Source: Zygnema circumcarinatum SAG 698-1b (lineage: Eukaryota; Plantae; Zygnematophyceae). Taken from it: DNA of 64,000 nt. The notes under the pieces were generated by a model. That model searched no databases, was not told the origin of the DNA, and saw nothing but the letters and a program-made list of their open reading frames with translations. Numbering within the stretch: position 1 is the stretch's first letter; each line of letters begins with the position of its first letter. The position numbers were made by a program, and so were the translations under genes. The DNA lies in contig CM074817.1 in assembly GCA_037447605.1 (NCBI GenBank), forward strand, positions 1,922,001 to 1,986,000. The letters run 5' to 3'. This document shows positions 62,216 to 64,000 of this stretch, piece by piece.

Positions 62216-62252
62216 AAACCCTAAAAAACGCTGAAGGGAGGTCAAACCCTAA
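62216..62252 (+). promoter_or_regulatory. Two telo-boxes (AAACCCTAA) in a ~410-bp divergent promoter
   Basis: Exact matches at 62216-24 and 62244-52, between ATGs at 62149 (-) and 62560 (+). Confidence 0.55.
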
Positions 62253-62559
62253 AATTGTCAATCCCTGCATCCCCTTAGTGAAGGCTTCTCCCCAAAGAAG
62301 GCCCGCGTCTCTCAGGGTGGACAGAGAAGCTGTTTAGAACTCCTCATTGCGCGACACGTGGCACTACTTTATCGAAGGAGAATCCTGGAAAGCAGGAGCA
62401 CTTCACCGCCCGTGGGAGCTGCAGGCGCATGAACCTGTCATGTCTTTCTGAATCCATACATATACAGCAATACGCACAAACATCATTCTTCGTCCTCTTC
62501 TTCTTCTTCTATCGGAATTTGGAATTGCCGTGTTAGGATAGTTACTCTCTTCTCGGACG

Positions 62560-63703
62560 ATGGGCGCTGGAAAGATGCAGGGCAGGGACTCGTTCAAGCT
62601 TCCTGTGATTGTGTCTCCTGAATGGGGAAAGCTCGGGCCTGGCTGGGGATATGGCGTCGGCTGTGGAATGGGAGTAGGAGTAGGGATCATAGGCGGTGAG
62701 GCATTGAATTCTCCCGTTGCGTTTTGTCTTGCTTTAGTAGGAAAACTTCTTCGGCCTTCTGTCGTGTTCTTTTTATGTCTTTCGGCTTTTAAAGCTTTTA
62801 AATAAGTCGTTCTTTACTTTTGGAGTTCTCACCAAGCTGCAAGGAGCAGAATGCTGGCTGTGGTTGACCAGCAGTCGCCCTTCTACTCCTTAGAGGCGAC
62901 CGAAGGTTTGGAGTGACAGAAAATATTGAAAAACATGAGGTCTTCATCTTATTGCAGGGACGGTAAAGTCTTGCAGTCTGCAAGGGAGTCATTCTTGAAT
63001 CCGTGGCCTTACAAGAGAGAAGTTTTTTGGTTCGATAGACTGTTTGGAACACTTACATTGTGTGCGAAAACTTACATTGTTTCTTGGTAAAGGAGAGGTA
63101 ACTTGGTTATTCGGGTAATAATTCTTTCTCTGTTTAATACTGACTCGCATTGTGTTGAACCGGAAGTGCTTCTGAAAAAAGAACTGTAGATGGGGGTAAG
63201 GGAAACAGTATAAGGAATACTTCTAGAGAATCCTATCTGATGTACGTTTGTGACCTCTCTTGAAATGTCGTTACCTTATGATGACAGTAGTACTTCATGG
63301 AGAAACGCAGTACCAGCTGCCATATCCCCCCTACTCAGTTACCAGCTGTCATACAGCTTCGCAATTTCAGGCTTTCGCGAGTCTTTCGCATCAGCATCTC
63401 TAGGGACTACATTGCTTGAGAGAGCTGAGATTACGCGTTATTTATCCACAGGTTTTTTTCTTAATTTTTGTAATGGCATGTCTTGTTTGGACCATTTCAG
63501 GTGCAGGCTTTGGCTGGGGACTTCCGGGCTTCCAGGCGGGGATTGGCCTTGGAGCAGGCTGCGGAATTGGGATCGGATATGGCTACGGAGCAGGCAAGGG
63601 CCGTGGCTACGACCGGCTGGGCAGCTACTCCAATGTGGGAGGTGGAGGGACCCGTGTGAGACGGAAAGTATACAACTCGAGGGTAGAGGGAAGCCCTCTG
63701 TAA
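62560..63703 (+). CDS. Conserved plant Gly-rich (GxG-repeat) protein of unknown function, at least 2 exons
   Basis: KLGPGWGYGVGCGMGVGVGIIG|GAGFGWGLPGFQAGIGLGAGCGIGIGYGYGAGKGRGYD; 3' end tentative. Confidence 0.65.
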
Positions 63704-64000
63704 GCTTAGCCATTCTTTAGCCTAAAAGGCTTCAGCTGTTTTGGCGATGCTGTGTTGCACTTCACATCACAATTGATAAGCTGCAGTATTGACCTTCTTT
63801 GAACGATGAATGGGTCTTCGTGAGACTTAGGCTACATTGAATTCCCTAATTTTTGTGATGTTCATTTTGTGCAGCGCGGACACAGAGTTAGGACGTATGG
63901 TTGCAGATCTCTTCGAGGAGGCCGTTCACGTTGTCGCAGGGCTGGGCCGAAGAAATTAGTGACTTCAACATTCTAACTTTGAAGTAAATATGCAATAGAC

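Overview
Eukaryotic nuclear DNA from an intron-rich green plant lineage. GT-AG introns, CT/GA low-complexity tracts, plant-type CCCTAAA repeats and plant gene families suggest a streptophyte alga such as Closterium/Zygnematophyceae (inference only). About 16 protein genes are supportable: two intronless PEPKR/CDPK-related kinases, an AMI1-like amidase, an Apple/PAN-cyclophilin protein, a peroxisomal 4CL-like ligase, a His-rich small HSP, a COBW/ZNG1 GTPase, a PPPDE-like protein, protein Kish (absent from the ORF track, assembled here from 4 exons), an Aurora-like kinase, the copper chaperone CCS, a FYVE-START protein, a saposin/Canopy-like protein, eIF1A, a DNL zinc-finger chaperone and a Gly-rich protein. 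The most unusual DNA is non-coding. A 31.2-37.7 kb island and a 47.4-48.8 kb element hold: (i) paired arrays of a 17-bp dyad ACTGGTT-N3-AACCAGT, also present in diverged form at 10.6-11.5 kb; (ii) five copies of a TA-flanked pogo/Tc1-like MITE; (iii) long-TIR Mutator-like foldback elements nested reciprocally with those MITEs; and (iv) a probable solo LTR. No CRISPR, rRNA or complete tRNA was found. Exon boundaries were read by eye, and no database search was run.
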